Assembly: GCA_051530055.1 (NCBI GenBank)
Contig: CM121341.1
Coordinates: forward strand, 13,494,784-13,558,783
DNA length: 64,000 nt
Source of the DNA: Neoechinorhynchus agilis
Lineage: Eukaryota > Animalia > Acanthocephala
Direction of reading: 5' to 3'
The notes beneath the pieces were generated by a model, which saw only the letters and a list, made by a program, of their open reading frames with translations, was not told the DNA's origin and searched no databases. Both the position numbers and the translations under genes were made by a program. Positions 37,076-48,659 of the stretch are shown here, piece after piece; within the stretch, counting starts at the first letter, position 1, and each line of letters starts with the position of its first letter.

Positions 37076-37376
37076 CTCAACGTCTTTAAGATATATTAGG
37101 AATGATATGCTGTGCGACATAATTTTTTGGTGGTATAAATTGTATTGTTCAATAACGAAAAAGCAAACCAAATCAGGTTCTAATCGCTTGGTTAAAAGAA
37201 GATGTTTTCTTACAAAAATTAATTTGGCTTTCTTGAATATAGATTAAACTGTTAGTTAAACGAAAAAAATATTATATTTGATCATTATGTTTTAAATAGC
37301 AGTTTTAAATATTACCGCTGGTCTGTATTTGCTGATGGAAAAAAGAAGTGAAAACTTGTCTGACTGGCGGCACTCT

Positions 37377-39161
37377 TTACTGTTCATCAGATTGTCCTTC
37401 GCTTTCGTTCTTAAAAGTATGTCCATCGTTCAAGACTTTTAAGAGCTTGATAACCATGAGGATCTGTGAATTGACATTTAAGTACATAGTCTGAGCTTCA
37501 AAGACGCGTCCATGAAGCAAGCGATGAAGACATCGTTCGTCTCCATTAAATTCAGAAAGTCGATTGGTGTCCAAAGTGGATGGGTATGCCATAAATTGCC
37601 GACTTTGAAACTGTTTGGGACAAAAGAAGATAAGATCTGTGTGGACATGAACGCGACGTCCGAAATCGACTAAATAGACCATAACTTTATCAGAAGTATC
37701 GGGCAGATCCTCAAGCACTGCTCGACTAAAGTGTCGACCGTTTTTTACCACGTAAATGGAGCTTAACTCAAGGTTTTTCCGAACAGCGACCTTACGATTT
37801 GCTTCATTCAAAAAATGTTCTTCCATTTTGCGAATAAACGCCCAGTTGTCGTTGAAATGGCACATTAGCCAGAAGTAAAATTCGCGGTGTGATTCAACGT
37901 TGACTACGTAAATGAAAATTTTGGGAAAGAATACGTCCACATCAGGAAATTTGGCATCAATGTAACTTATTTCGTGAGTTAGGCACGAAATATTCGGGCG
38001 ATTGAAGTAGTTGACCTCGTTTGTATCCAATTCTTTGTGCTCTTTGAGATGCACTGATTTTGGCTCAATGTAAACTTGGGTGTTTTTTCCTGAGATTTTA
38101 TTGGACGAATTGTCTTGTTTCGGTTCACGTTTTACTTTTTCATCAATCTTTTTTTCAGTTGCAGAGACGTGATTGGACGAATTGTGTAGTTTCGGTTCAC
38201 GTTTTACTTTTTCATCAATCGTTGTCTCAGCTGATTGGCAGTTATTGAAAGAGTTTGAAGGATTCACAATGGCCTTAATAGCTCGTTCCGATATTTCGCT
38301 TTCAGTCTTAGCTCGAATTAGAGGATTTTGTGATGTATTCGACGATTCGACGGGGAAACCATTCCAAACTTTTGAACAATATTTTCTTTGCGATTCCTCA
38401 TAATCAGGGTAGCTAATCTCATTCTTGATGTATTTATCAAATATTTCATTAACTGATTCACTAAAATCTTCTTTTTTAAATAGGCTGAGCTTTTCCGGTC
38501 GTACGTTTTCTCCGGGAATTCTCCACATATCAACAACAGCTGCTACATCAAATTTAACTTCAATGTGAAGAAATTTAGCTTTAAAAACGAAGCTCTGTGC
38601 CATTTCAGCGATCATTACTTGTGCTCGAAATTGATCTTTGGGCGCTGGTTCCGGAATATTTAGTTTACATCGTATCGCCCTTTTACCGTCTCGTTGACAG
38701 AGTAATGGATAAGAATAAACTGAATCATCCATGACATCGACTTCTTTTCCAAAATCGATTAAAAACACGCGAATCGGTCCACTTGAAGTCACGCGAAGTT
38801 TTACCTTGGCGCGATAGAATACATTGGAAATTTTAACAACATAAATACAACCCTGACAGATATTAAATCGCTGAATAGGCGTTTTATTCGGATCATTGCT
38901 TATAGTGTAATTCAGCTTCTGATGGGATTCCATGTTTGCTTGATAAGAATCCATTTTCCATGCGTAGAAGCGATCGGAATAAAGGGCATCGTTCGTCACG
39001 TAAATCATCATTGTTTTGTTAAAGTCCTCGATGCCGGGGAAAGCCTCATCACAGGTTAAAAAATGCCTCCTGCCGTACTTATCTTGTGGCCTAAGAAAAT
39101 CGAACCGATCTTCTTTTAGAATGGCTCTTTTCGCTAAGTTTTTAGTTTTGTTTCTTGGCAT
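37377..39161 (-). CDS. Protein with two extended Tudor domains (TDRD-like), intronless
   Basis: YVVKISNVFYRAKV..IRVFLIDFG and YVVKNGRHFSRAVL..VMVYLVDFG; ~22-aa internal tandem duplication IDEKVKREPK; start taken at MPRNK (ORF opens at 39206). Confidence 0.85.
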   Translation of the reverse strand: MPRNKTKNLAKRAILKEDRFDFLRPQDKYGRRHFLTCDEAFPGIEDFNKTMMIYVTNDALYSDRFYAWKMDSYQANMESHQKLNYTISNDPNKTPIQRFNICQGCIYVVKISNVFYRAKVKLRVTSSGPIRVFLIDFGKEVDVMDDSVYSYPLLCQRDGKRAIRCKLNIPEPAPKDQFRAQVMIAEMAQSFVFKAKFLHIEVKFDVAAVVDMWRIPGENVRPEKLSLFKKEDFSESVNEIFDKYIKNEISYPDYEESQRKYCSKVWNGFPVESSNTSQNPLIRAKTESEISERAIKAIVNPSNSFNNCQSAETTIDEKVKREPKLHNSSNHVSATEKKIDEKVKREPKQDNSSNKISGKNTQVYIEPKSVHLKEHKELDTNEVNYFNRPNISCLTHEISYIDAKFPDVDVFFPKIFIYVVNVESHREFYFWLMCHFNDNWAFIRKMEEHFLNEANRKVAVRKNLELSSIYVVKNGRHFSRAVLEDLPDTSDKVMVYLVDFGRRVHVHTDLIFFCPKQFQSRQFMAYPSTLDTNRLSEFNGDERCLHRLLHGRVFEAQTMYLNVNSQILMVIKLLKVLNDGHTFKNESEGQSDEQ

Positions 39162-40199
39162 ATTGCGATAAATTCTTCGGAACAATATTGCTTTCAAGTA
39201 GATCAATGATATTTTTTCCGATAATGAAGGGGTCTGCTTAGTAACAGAGCAATGAATACAAATTTCTAATATCTATTTTTTCGTTTGTTTATGAATTTTT
39301 CGATAACAGAAATCAGCGAAAAATGCCATGTGAATAATTTCGTTTACCAAATTTTGGCTTCGTTATTTATTAACAAATATATCAAATTATCGCATAAGAG
39401 AAATAAAGCTGATTGACTTGTGCGATTCGAAAACTATGGTTCTAAGTTCGCACTGTATGATTTTTACGCCTTTCTTGAACAAAGAAACTAATTTTAGTTG
39501 TAATTATGAGTTATTTTGCCATGCAAATTTGTTGGTCGTTTTCAGACTGAAAAATCAGCATCTCAATTATAGACAATAGAGAATAGCAATAGACAGAAAT
39601 GGTATATTTACGTAACATTTCATCGCAGAATTTTATTCCTTCTAAACACAAAAAATGCTCAAAATGCCTTATTTTAAGTAAAAAAGTCGGAATTCATTTA
39701 CATAAATTGATAATTTCATTTAAGTGCGATTAGGTTTTTCAAAAATTATAAATGTTAAATTTTATGTTTCCTGTGCATTGCTATTGGTTGAGAATGAAAA
39801 TATGTAATTTCCTTCGAAAAATATTGAGCCAAACACAAAAAATTAAAGCAGGTTCAATTATTTTCTTTGAGATTGAATATAAAAGCAACAGATGATTTAA
39901 ACATTATGCAAGGTTAAATGTCTACATCCTATTTAACGGTTGGGCACACAGCCTACCGAATGGTTCAGTGCTTTGAGTAATTGAATTACTACTCGGAACC
40001 AGGTCGGTAGGATGTGTGCCCAAAAATTAACAGCCGTGTCATAATAGGCCACACATCGATATAAGTTACCGGCTGGCCAATCTTCATAAAAAAAATAAAT
40101 CCTCCATCATAGAGTCAATTTGGAGCAAGGAACCAGGTCGAGAGGCCGGAGGGCGATAGACGCCAGCAAAGGTGAATTCTCTAAGGCCGTGTCTCAGAG

Positions 40200-41225
40200 G
40201 AGCTGTGAAATGGACTGCGATGAATTATAAATCGGGGGTTTGAAAAGAGAGCCGGTGAGAGATAAAGAGTAAGGTAGCGATTGAACCACGTAAATTGAGA
40301 AACCCCCCCCTTGGACGGACATCGTGGTATGTATGGAGGGAAGAGTACCCGAGAAGGATGGCTGAATCACTGTTGAAGGGGGGTAGGTCGGCTTTTGAGG
40401 TAGATGAAATGAGTGAAATTTCATCTAGTTTAGGGAGGAGGCTACGAATATTGGAGTAGAAAACGGTGGAGAATGGAATTTCGGATTTCGGGAAATCAAG
40501 GGCGGAAGTGACGAAGATTGGGGTTACATTGTTCGTTGCGGGTGGTGGGTTAATGGAGGAATCGTTATGGGATGCCGACGAAGAACGATTGATTACCCTA
40601 AAGAGAGAAGTCCGGCGGCAACTCAAAAATTTGAGTTGGGATGAGTGAACGGTAATGATAGAAATGAGTTTAGGGTTGGGACTTTGCATGGATCAGCTAC
40701 GGATGGATGGCCGATTTATGGTGATTTTGAGTAGGGGCAGAGAGATAATTATTTACTTGATTCGGGAAAAAGAGAATACTTAATGTGGAACTGCTGGGAG
40801 ATTGACCTTTGTGGTTATTCGGACGCCAGTGAAGTTGCACGTAATAAAAAAATTGCGAAGTCGCTTATTCTTCGATTTTTTGGGATGGGGGAGAAGTTCG
40901 GGGGTTTTTGCTGAAAGTGACCGGTTACATTGGGAAGATGAGTTCTGGGTTGAGTTTGGAGGGCATGTTAAAAGACTTTGTGATGCGTTTTTATGTGGAT
41001 AGATACGAAAAGAAAATTGAGAAGTAAGGAGTTTGTGTTTCCTGTTAAGAAAGAGGGAGACTACGAATGATGAAATAAAAGTTACTTTGAGGAGACATGG
41101 TCTCGGGTTAAAGAGATTTTTGGATGAAATACGCATGATTGTTGATGGGGAGGAATAGTAGAGTGAATGTCGGGGAAAAGGAGTGGACCGATTCGAAGGA
41201 TTTGGTGGCGGTTGTGTGCATCAGC
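40200..41225 (-). mobile_element. Fragment of an L2/CR1-like LINE (ORF1 region and APE N-terminus, internally deleted)
   Basis: VFYSNIRSLLPKLDEI matches the APE start at about 25570; same C-rich sense-strand bias. Confidence 0.75.
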
Positions 41226-41502
41226 GGCGACAGGATCTGTACCAGAAATAAATATGGTGCGATTTTATCGGCCGGGGTAAAGAAGGCGTATCATTGCCGA
41301 AATGAATCGAAGTGTTGATTGATTTTGATGGAGTTCCTCCTTTTGCTCTTGTTTCTACTCGTTCAGGTGTTACTTGGACCTTTTGTTCGACCGTAGCTTT
41401 CATAGTAATATCTTCAGCTGGATTGCTTTCGTTTTTCCTATCGCTATCGGTAGAACTCCCCCCGTTTCCAATAACGGCTAAGAATTTCCTGAAAGCACCG
41501 CA

Positions 41503-42240
41503 ATGCTCACCGACAATCAAGAGCTCGAATCGACCAAATGGAAGACCTGGAAGCAAGCCGACATCATAACGACTAACTATCTCATTGTACGAGCAGACCA
41601 TGAGTGTTTGGTTACCTTTTTTAAAGAAGCTGCTTATCTACGATTCTCTGATTACCCTCAACTGATGTTCAAGGATAAATCGGTCGCCATTGATTACCTA
41701 AAGAAAAGAAAGGATGTAATAGAAATGATCACTAAAAAGCATTGTGAAGGAGCCCGAAATCTTATTAATGAAAGGTGGAATTCGCTTCTTGAACGACACG
41801 AGCAACTTGAATTTATTTTGCGTTGCCAAGAATTGCTAGACAAAATGTCCGACAATCACGATCCTGTTGGAGCCCTGCGATTCGCACGAGAGCATTTGAG
41901 CAGGTTTATGTTCAAAACTAAAGCAAGAGACCGTTCAATATTTAAAATAATGTCCATGGTTACATTGAAAGATCCCAAAAATTCCACTTTTTCTTATTTG
42001 CTCCTGGACGAAAAACGAGTGCGAACTTCGGAGAAGGTGAATTTATTGTTGATGTGGGAAACCGAGCGATTAGCAGCGATCGATGCTTTTGATGAAGAGG
42101 ACATTAAGCTCGATCCAATTTCCGATTCAAAATTATACAGTGCCTACATGGCATCTTTTACTATGATATCGCTTATTGGACTTTTGGAGAGGATTGGATA
42201 TGACGTGGATTTGGGAGTTCTGGAACCCAAAATTGCTTAA
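41503..42240 (+). CDS. LisH/CTLH gene copy 3
   Basis: 245-aa ORF; shares its 5' part with copy 1 (with a short in-frame deletion) and its 3' end LGVLEPKIA with copy 2. Confidence 0.6.
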   Translation: MLTDNQELESTKWKTWKQADIITTNYLIVRADHECLVTFFKEAAYLRFSDYPQLMFKDKSVAIDYLKKRKDVIEMITKKHCEGARNLINERWNSLLERHEQLEFILRCQELLDKMSDNHDPVGALRFAREHLSRFMFKTKARDRSIFKIMSMVTLKDPKNSTFSYLLLDEKRVRTSEKVNLLLMWETERLAAIDAFDEEDIKLDPISDSKLYSAYMASFTMISLIGLLERIGYDVDLGVLEPKIA

Positions 42241-44880
42241 ATTTACAAAAAGCAAAGGTGTAAATATTTTCCGAAAATAATTTGCAGAAGTACCAAACAA
42301 CCGAGAAACCGATTTTCATACATTTCAACGTCTTATTAGAGTGATCAATAAATAGAAAGAATAAATATTTTTTAATGGAGTTCAATCTTCAGCCCATACC
42401 ACTCGATACTCTACTCTTGCTCCGAATTCTCGCTCTTAGAATTGGTTTTAATTCGCAATGTCTTCTCGTATTGCCGAAACAGCTCGCCGGATTTGAGGCA
42501 CTAATTTCCGATTAATTTCCAATCGTTGATCTATTCTGGGAACTGTGCGGTCGTGTTTATTCTTTTTTGATTTGGCATCAGATTTCTCCGATGCCAATCT
42601 CCAAAACCTCCTACTCTCCCGAAATCGGTCACAACGCTTTGATGTTTTCTGTTTTGAGCCACATTATTTCTTCATAGAATAAAATAAAAACGGGGAGTTT
42701 GATTCGTGAGTATCTTGGTTTTTTTACTAGTATACCGCTGTCCAGCTTAGCCTTATAAGGAGCAACACATCAGTAACGATTTGCTCGATTGAGTGCAAAG
42801 CGTTCTATTTGCATGATGTCTACCGAGAACTACTTTTATCGTGAATTTCGCAAAACAATTTGAGTAAATATCTCCTTTCGATAAGACATTCCATAAAGAG
42901 GCAGCGGGAGATTTCGAATTAAACTTCTGGACTATAAATATATCAAAAATACCGAAGGGCAAGCAGCGAATATCTAGTGAAGAATCGTTCTTTAGATTAA
43001 AATCGTTTTAATAAGCATCGATGTCCAATACAGAAACTTAAAAGTCTTGAATATGAGCAGAAATATTAGTCACAACTTTGTGTGGGCTCATAAGAAAGAA
43101 CAAGGCTACGCCAATGCAAATCTCTTATATCAGTTTAAAAGTTTGGAAAATTAAAAACGATTTTGTTATCCTGGTCTCCAAAAAATATACATCGGGGTTT
43201 AATAAGTTTCTTATGTCATAAAATGTTGTTCGTTTTTTAATGCTATCAAGTAGAAATTTTATTAAATTTATTTGCATTAAAACAATGTTTTTATTTGTAT
43301 CAAACAGCTCGCAAAGGTTCAACGCCACCGGTCGCTGGGTTTCACGGGTGTGCGAGGTTGCTGGAAGAGGTGGGGTCAGGATTGAGATCACCCATCGGCC
43401 CCAAAGGGGATTGGCCCCGTTCCTTCGAGTGCGGCTAAGCGCCTCCGTTGTGTGCAAGTCAACCGAAAGGCTCCAAAGGAATATAGCCGCGAGGGCAAAA
43501 AGAAGATGTCACAAACTAACAAGAGTGTATGAGGCCTTGATAATAAATAGCGAACTTTTAGCGCATTTGCTTTAAATCCAAAATCCTTGAGTTTCTCTAA
43601 ATGCTCGAAATGTTACTGTGTGAAAAGCAGAAAGTTTTTGAACGAACTTTAGAAAATAAAGTTCAAGATTCATCTAAAGGCATCGACAAAAATTTTGCGA
43701 AACTTAGAAAATACATAGGCACGAAAAACGAGGTGAGCGTGAACATACAACTGTAAACATCAATATTTCATATTACCTCTAAAAAGTAAATGTTGTGCTT
43801 TTTCTCGAAAAATATAGGCTAAAAACTATTTATAACGCTTTTCCTCGTGCTTTCCACGTCTTTTGAATCGAACTTATGGTTGCTAATGCTAAATATTTTA
43901 GTAACTTTACTGCCATGTTTAAAGAAACGAAAGTGATGCTATGCAAAGCAACTTCACATTTACAATCTATGCCTTTATATTTGTTATATAATGAAAACAT
44001 ATGAAAAAGCTCGCTGTCATGATCACTTTAAGGAATACTGGAAAAATAAAGTCTTTAATTACAAAAAGCGAATTATTTTCCTTCATAATTAACACACTTG
44101 TGAATGCTGTTGTAGTATTCTAGAAAGGGATTAATTTTTTTAATCCTATCCAGTCTTAAATCTATCCACTTCAAACTTTAGATCGAATCCAGCAAACTGA
44201 TCAAGTGATTTTGACGACTAAAACATAAACTGAAATTAATCAATGAATTTGATCATTTTAAATCCTTTGCACATAACCAACCTATTACACAGCGTTAAAA
44301 ATCATTCACGAATAAGAAATATAAAGAACAATTTTTTCTTCACATCGTGTGGCGAAATTTCGATGATTTTCTATTTGAAAGTCCTTACAACTGACATATA
44401 GAATATAGTTAATATTTTGCTCTTCGTTTCGTTGAATAATGCTTAAATTTCTTAGATGAATGAAACTGATTTGGAAGTTGTCAATTTCGAAAAAGCAAAA
44501 GAGTTGCTGAGTACGAAGGAGAAGTTGGTGATTTTGTTTTTCGCTCAATGGTGCCTAAAGTGCAAAATGTTAGCAAAGACGTTAGCGGATTTCAAGAAAA
44601 GATACCCCATTATTCAAATTGTAATGGTGAATGGTGAAGACGACGGCTTAGAGGAATATTTTTAACTCGATCATTACCCAACGATTGTATCTTATCGTTC
44701 TGGAAGGAAGATCGAAATAATTCCAAAGGACACGAAGAGACGCTAATTTACTTCTTCGATAAACTTTAGACTTTTTATTCTAAAATATAAGTATAAACAC
44801 TGACAAATCAATCACAGCGATGACCTTTCCCGATCGATTTGAGTACACCGCGATTATATACGGCGTATTTTTCACTTTAA
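41775..44880 (+). repeat. ~3-kb direct segmental duplication of 10110-13144
   Basis: Co-linear near-identity from gtggaattcgc to cactttaa; a ~120-bp extra segment near 43825-43940; ORF-track duplicates (11110/42753, 12569/44306). Confidence 0.95.
44456..44770 (+). pseudogene. Thioredoxin duplicate with premature stop
   Basis: GAA at 12924-12926 corresponds to TAA at 44663-44665. Confidence 0.85.
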
Positions 44881-45350
44881 GTTCGGCCCTTCTCCCTGAT
44901 CGATCCGAAATTAACGACAAATCTTTTAAAACTGGAGTAAAGATCCCGAAATGCCTGTCTCATGTGATACATCAATGCAGAAACGTTGGCCAGACTTTTG
45001 GTTTGAGAAGGAATTCCGAACCCTCTTTGGCTCTTGTTCCGGCCCCAAAGAACGAGCACGCCTACTCGCTGCCGAAACCAAATGGTCCAATAGTTTTCTT
45101 AACGCTTTACCAATGCCGCCGATTGGTACTAAATTGGATGACTGCTCCTTTGGTCTCGCTTCGGCGTTGATTGCTTGATCCTGCGACAAGCAAGGGCCGT
45201 GCAAAGACGGACACCACATGAACCCCATGGAGTACAGCATGGTGAATGCTCTGACGCGAATGGCTTTGGCAACGATAAGCATTCCATTTCTCCTCGAGAA
45301 AGTCGGTTTAGAGGAGATGACGGGAAAAGACCTTTTGACGCATCAACATT
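44881..45350 (+). mobile_element. CRE-like fragment (pre-RLE region) at the duplication breakpoint
   Basis: RARLLAAETKWSNSFLNALP..IGTKLDDCSF..ASAL, the typical block upstream of the RLE zinc knuckle. Confidence 0.65.
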
Positions 45351-45399
45351 CCCGTAGGAAAAAGGCCGTCTCCTTGGGACTTCACCTATTCGAATTTCC

Positions 45400-46012
45400 A
45401 CAACTGACTTTCCCCCCTCTCACCAAATGCCTTGATGCTATTTTCATTAGGCAATCAAAATGCCTCTCAACCCTACCACCACACGAGCACAACACTCTTA
45501 ATCCTAATTCGATTCACCCTTCTATACCTCGCACCTCCCTATATCTACGCTTGTAGTGACCATTAACGACGTCATAAGGTTCATGTTAACGTTTTTCGTG
45601 TTATGTTAAATAAAAAACCATTTTTTTGTGCGGCGACAGTAGATTTGTCGATCTACTGATGCCAGCTATCACAACACGCTCCTTTTTCCATGCTGCCCAA
45701 CCTTCTCGGATATCATAACCTAAAATGATTCTGAGGAAAGATCAACCTTACAAGCGCTCCTGCAAGCAATAAACACCGAGTCCGACAAGAACGGGCCTTC
45801 CAACCCAACCAGATATTCTCAATCGAACGGACACACCCTCACCCGAACCATCCCCGACTGGATAGTTCCTACCCGAATAGACATCCCTCCGACCAGATAT
45901 TACCTCCCGAACGGACATCCCTCGACTGCATATACCCATATTAACGGATGGGGACCCAAAGGTACATGGGTCCTCCTAAACCTTTCTTTGTATTTCAATA
46001 AACGTGTTATAT
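45400..46012 (+). mobile_element. 3' fragment(s) of an L2/CR1-like LINE
   Basis: Matches 18860-19300 in reverse; ends AATAAACGTGTT followed by AT repeats. Confidence 0.6.
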
Positions 46013-46597
46013 ATATTGCTACCGAACAAATTGTCTTTTTGCAGTTACAGGAGACCGTGAAGTGGCGAAAAGGCTACCGAAAAAAAGAGAAATACTAATG
46101 CCTTGATCCGTCGCTCTAAATTTTTAAACCTCTCTCGCCATTGAGAAAATTGGTGCCGTCAGACCAAGCCCCATAGCATTTTTAATCAAGGTTGGAAAAT
46201 TGCGCAGCAACATTAGACCACCGTGCAGCCAATTATTTTTTATCAGAAAATTAGCCATTCGGGAAGGAAATGCTCCTCGATTCAAAGGAGGATAAAGATG
46301 TTTCGTCGTTTCCATTGTGACGCTTATAAATAACCCTGAAATATGAAACGGCTGCTCACTTCAACTGCTTATGTTTTTTGAAACTTGAATTAAAAATACA
46401 AATCGATTGCTAAGAGAACCCCTTTTTTAAGTTTAGCTCGAAATAAAGTACCAAAAAAGGCATAACACAAGAAACTTTGCTCTTACAGAAGGAAGTGTTT
46501 ATGTGTGTTCGTCACTTTCTAAGGGAGTTGTTTAGTACGAGCAAAGGCTTTACGTCTCGTATTAGACTGAATCTTTGTACTGCATCGAACCCGAAAA

Positions 46598-48603
46598 ATG
46601 TTTTCATTTAGGACCGTTCTTTCACTAAATAAAAGAATTCATACCATAGCACAAGTGCAATCTCATTTGCAAAAGCTCGTTTTGCCTCAAAGTCTCGATG
46701 GTCCGGATAAAGTGTACATGAGAAAGCGAATCGAGGACGCTGAGAAAATAACTGTTTTGGAGCCTAAGCGAATGAATGATTCATTTTCTCGAATCATAAT
46801 TCCTTTATGTAAGCACAACGGTTTTTTTTGTAATGAAAACAATGCGCTGGTTAAGCTACGAATCCATCGGCTCATGATGAATACCGAAGTTTCGTGGGCA
46901 AAGTGCGGACAGCTCGTATTTTGGAAGATTTGGATACAATGGCAGGTACGAATAACGTTTAAATCTTTTTCTACGAAATGACTGCAGTTCACGTGGCATA
47001 TCGGCACAATCGCCGCGATTACTTTGTAGATGGCTGCCTTTCCAGTCCAATCACAATTGTGACTGCAGCCGTCGATGCCATTGGTAAGAACTTTTAGCAT
47101 ATAATTTAGTTGACAAATTAAAAGAGGTGCATAAGTACATGGACATTGATCGAGATTTAAGATTAAGTGGTCGAGTAGGCTATGTTGGATCAAGTTCATG
47201 CTGCATTAATATGCAATTGGAGCAGGTACCTTCTTTTTATCTTAATTCTCTTCAAAGTTACATTTCAGAAATGCGGACTGGACGACTGGGAGGATATTTT
47301 AAAAGCGATGTTCATCATGGTTGCTAGAAGTCCTGTGAGAAACTGCAAAGTCGCTATGAATCCACTTTTGTGCAATGATGATGATGAAAAGAGAGAATTT
47401 GAGGAAAGCAAACATAAGCTGGAGAAACGGCGAAAACGAACGAAGATTTCCTTAGAATACAGCCCTCCTGATGCCAACGAAAGCAAGCTTATCCATGATA
47501 TACACTTACAAACGACAAGTGGGAGTATCGATGGACAGAGCGTTTACATGACTGATACTATTTTAAAGAACGCCTTTGTTTGCGAACCGCAGGTATTCAA
47601 TTATTAAATGTTTTTGAAATTTTTATACTCGAAGTGGTGCTAAATTAAAGAATTTTTTTAATTCTGTGTCGTATTTTTATATCTGATTAAGAGATTTACC
47701 CTAAAGCCAAAATGAATTGAAGCCTAAAAATACTACGATAGTGGATTTTGAAGTAATAGGTTTTAACTAACAAGTTCGTTTACCTTAAAATAAGCTGATT
47801 GAGTGTTTTCACGCCGACAATTTTGCATCTTATATCTATCACAAAATTTGAATTCTCTTAGTAACATTTTGAAGTGTTGTTTAAGTATTCACGCGGTAAA
47901 TACTTTTTTATTAAAGACGTTTCTAATCTCATCGGGTTCGAGAACTGATGATGAACCCGACGAGGTTCGAAACGTCTTTAATAAAAATTATTTAAAGCGT
48001 TAAGACCTAAACAATAATCCTAATCATCTACCTCAGTACCTTCTCACATATCGACATTTTAATCATATTTACAAAATATTTAGCAACGTAACATTTACAA
48101 CAAGATATTCGGTGGATACTTGATGAAAAGTTCATATGAGCTCGCTTGGGCGAACACTCGAATATTCGCGTCCGTACTTATGGTGTAAAATTCATAATTA
48201 AAATTGGAAATGTATAGTAAAACGTTTCCGAAGATAATAATGATTGGCGATGTTTCATTCAAAATTCCAGTTGAAATCGGATCGCTCCTTTTCTTTACAT
48301 CCATCGTAGGTCAATTTGAATCCTGTTTCTACTAATCCATAAAGATTGCTTATACGAGCGAGCAGAGACACATGATCGCTAGAGTAAATGCCGAGGTGGT
48401 GGATCCATCAACTGGATCCCATCAATACACAAACTGCTTCTACTTTTTATTCAAAGCAGATGAAGATATTCCTCGGGTAGTTCCAAGGACCTACTCAGGT
48501 ACGTTCATTGTGCTCAGTGGAAGTGTAACTTCATCAAGTAGAATATATGATTTATCTGGATGGAAAACGGCACTATAAGGAAATGATATCAAGGAAACGT
48601 TGA
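46598..48603 (+). CDS. ACOT9: Acyl-CoA thioesterase 9-like, nine exons, eight GT-AG introns
   Basis: RMNDSF, RILEDLDTMAG, IVTAAVD, AMFIMVAR, PQ|QRNIYNKIFGGYLMKSSYELAW, PVEIGSLL and YLDGKRHY; every junction resolves in phase at GT-AG. Confidence 0.9.
47895..48060. mobile_element. Palindromic family B element inside ACOT9 intron 5
   Basis: tttttattaaagacgtttc...gaaacgtctttaataaaaa arms; the distal 60 bp match 4050-4100 in reverse. Confidence 0.8.
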
Positions 48604-48659
48604 TCGACTCACGAAGAACAGCATCTCTTAATAATACTCAATGTGTTTGTTTGATAGCT

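Noticed and set aside
39933-40030. TTAA on both sides of the 84-nt hairpin suggesting a piggyBac target duplication
   Set aside because: The TTAA motifs are not flush with the arms, the ends lack piggyBac-type termini, and TTAA is frequent in AT-rich DNA.
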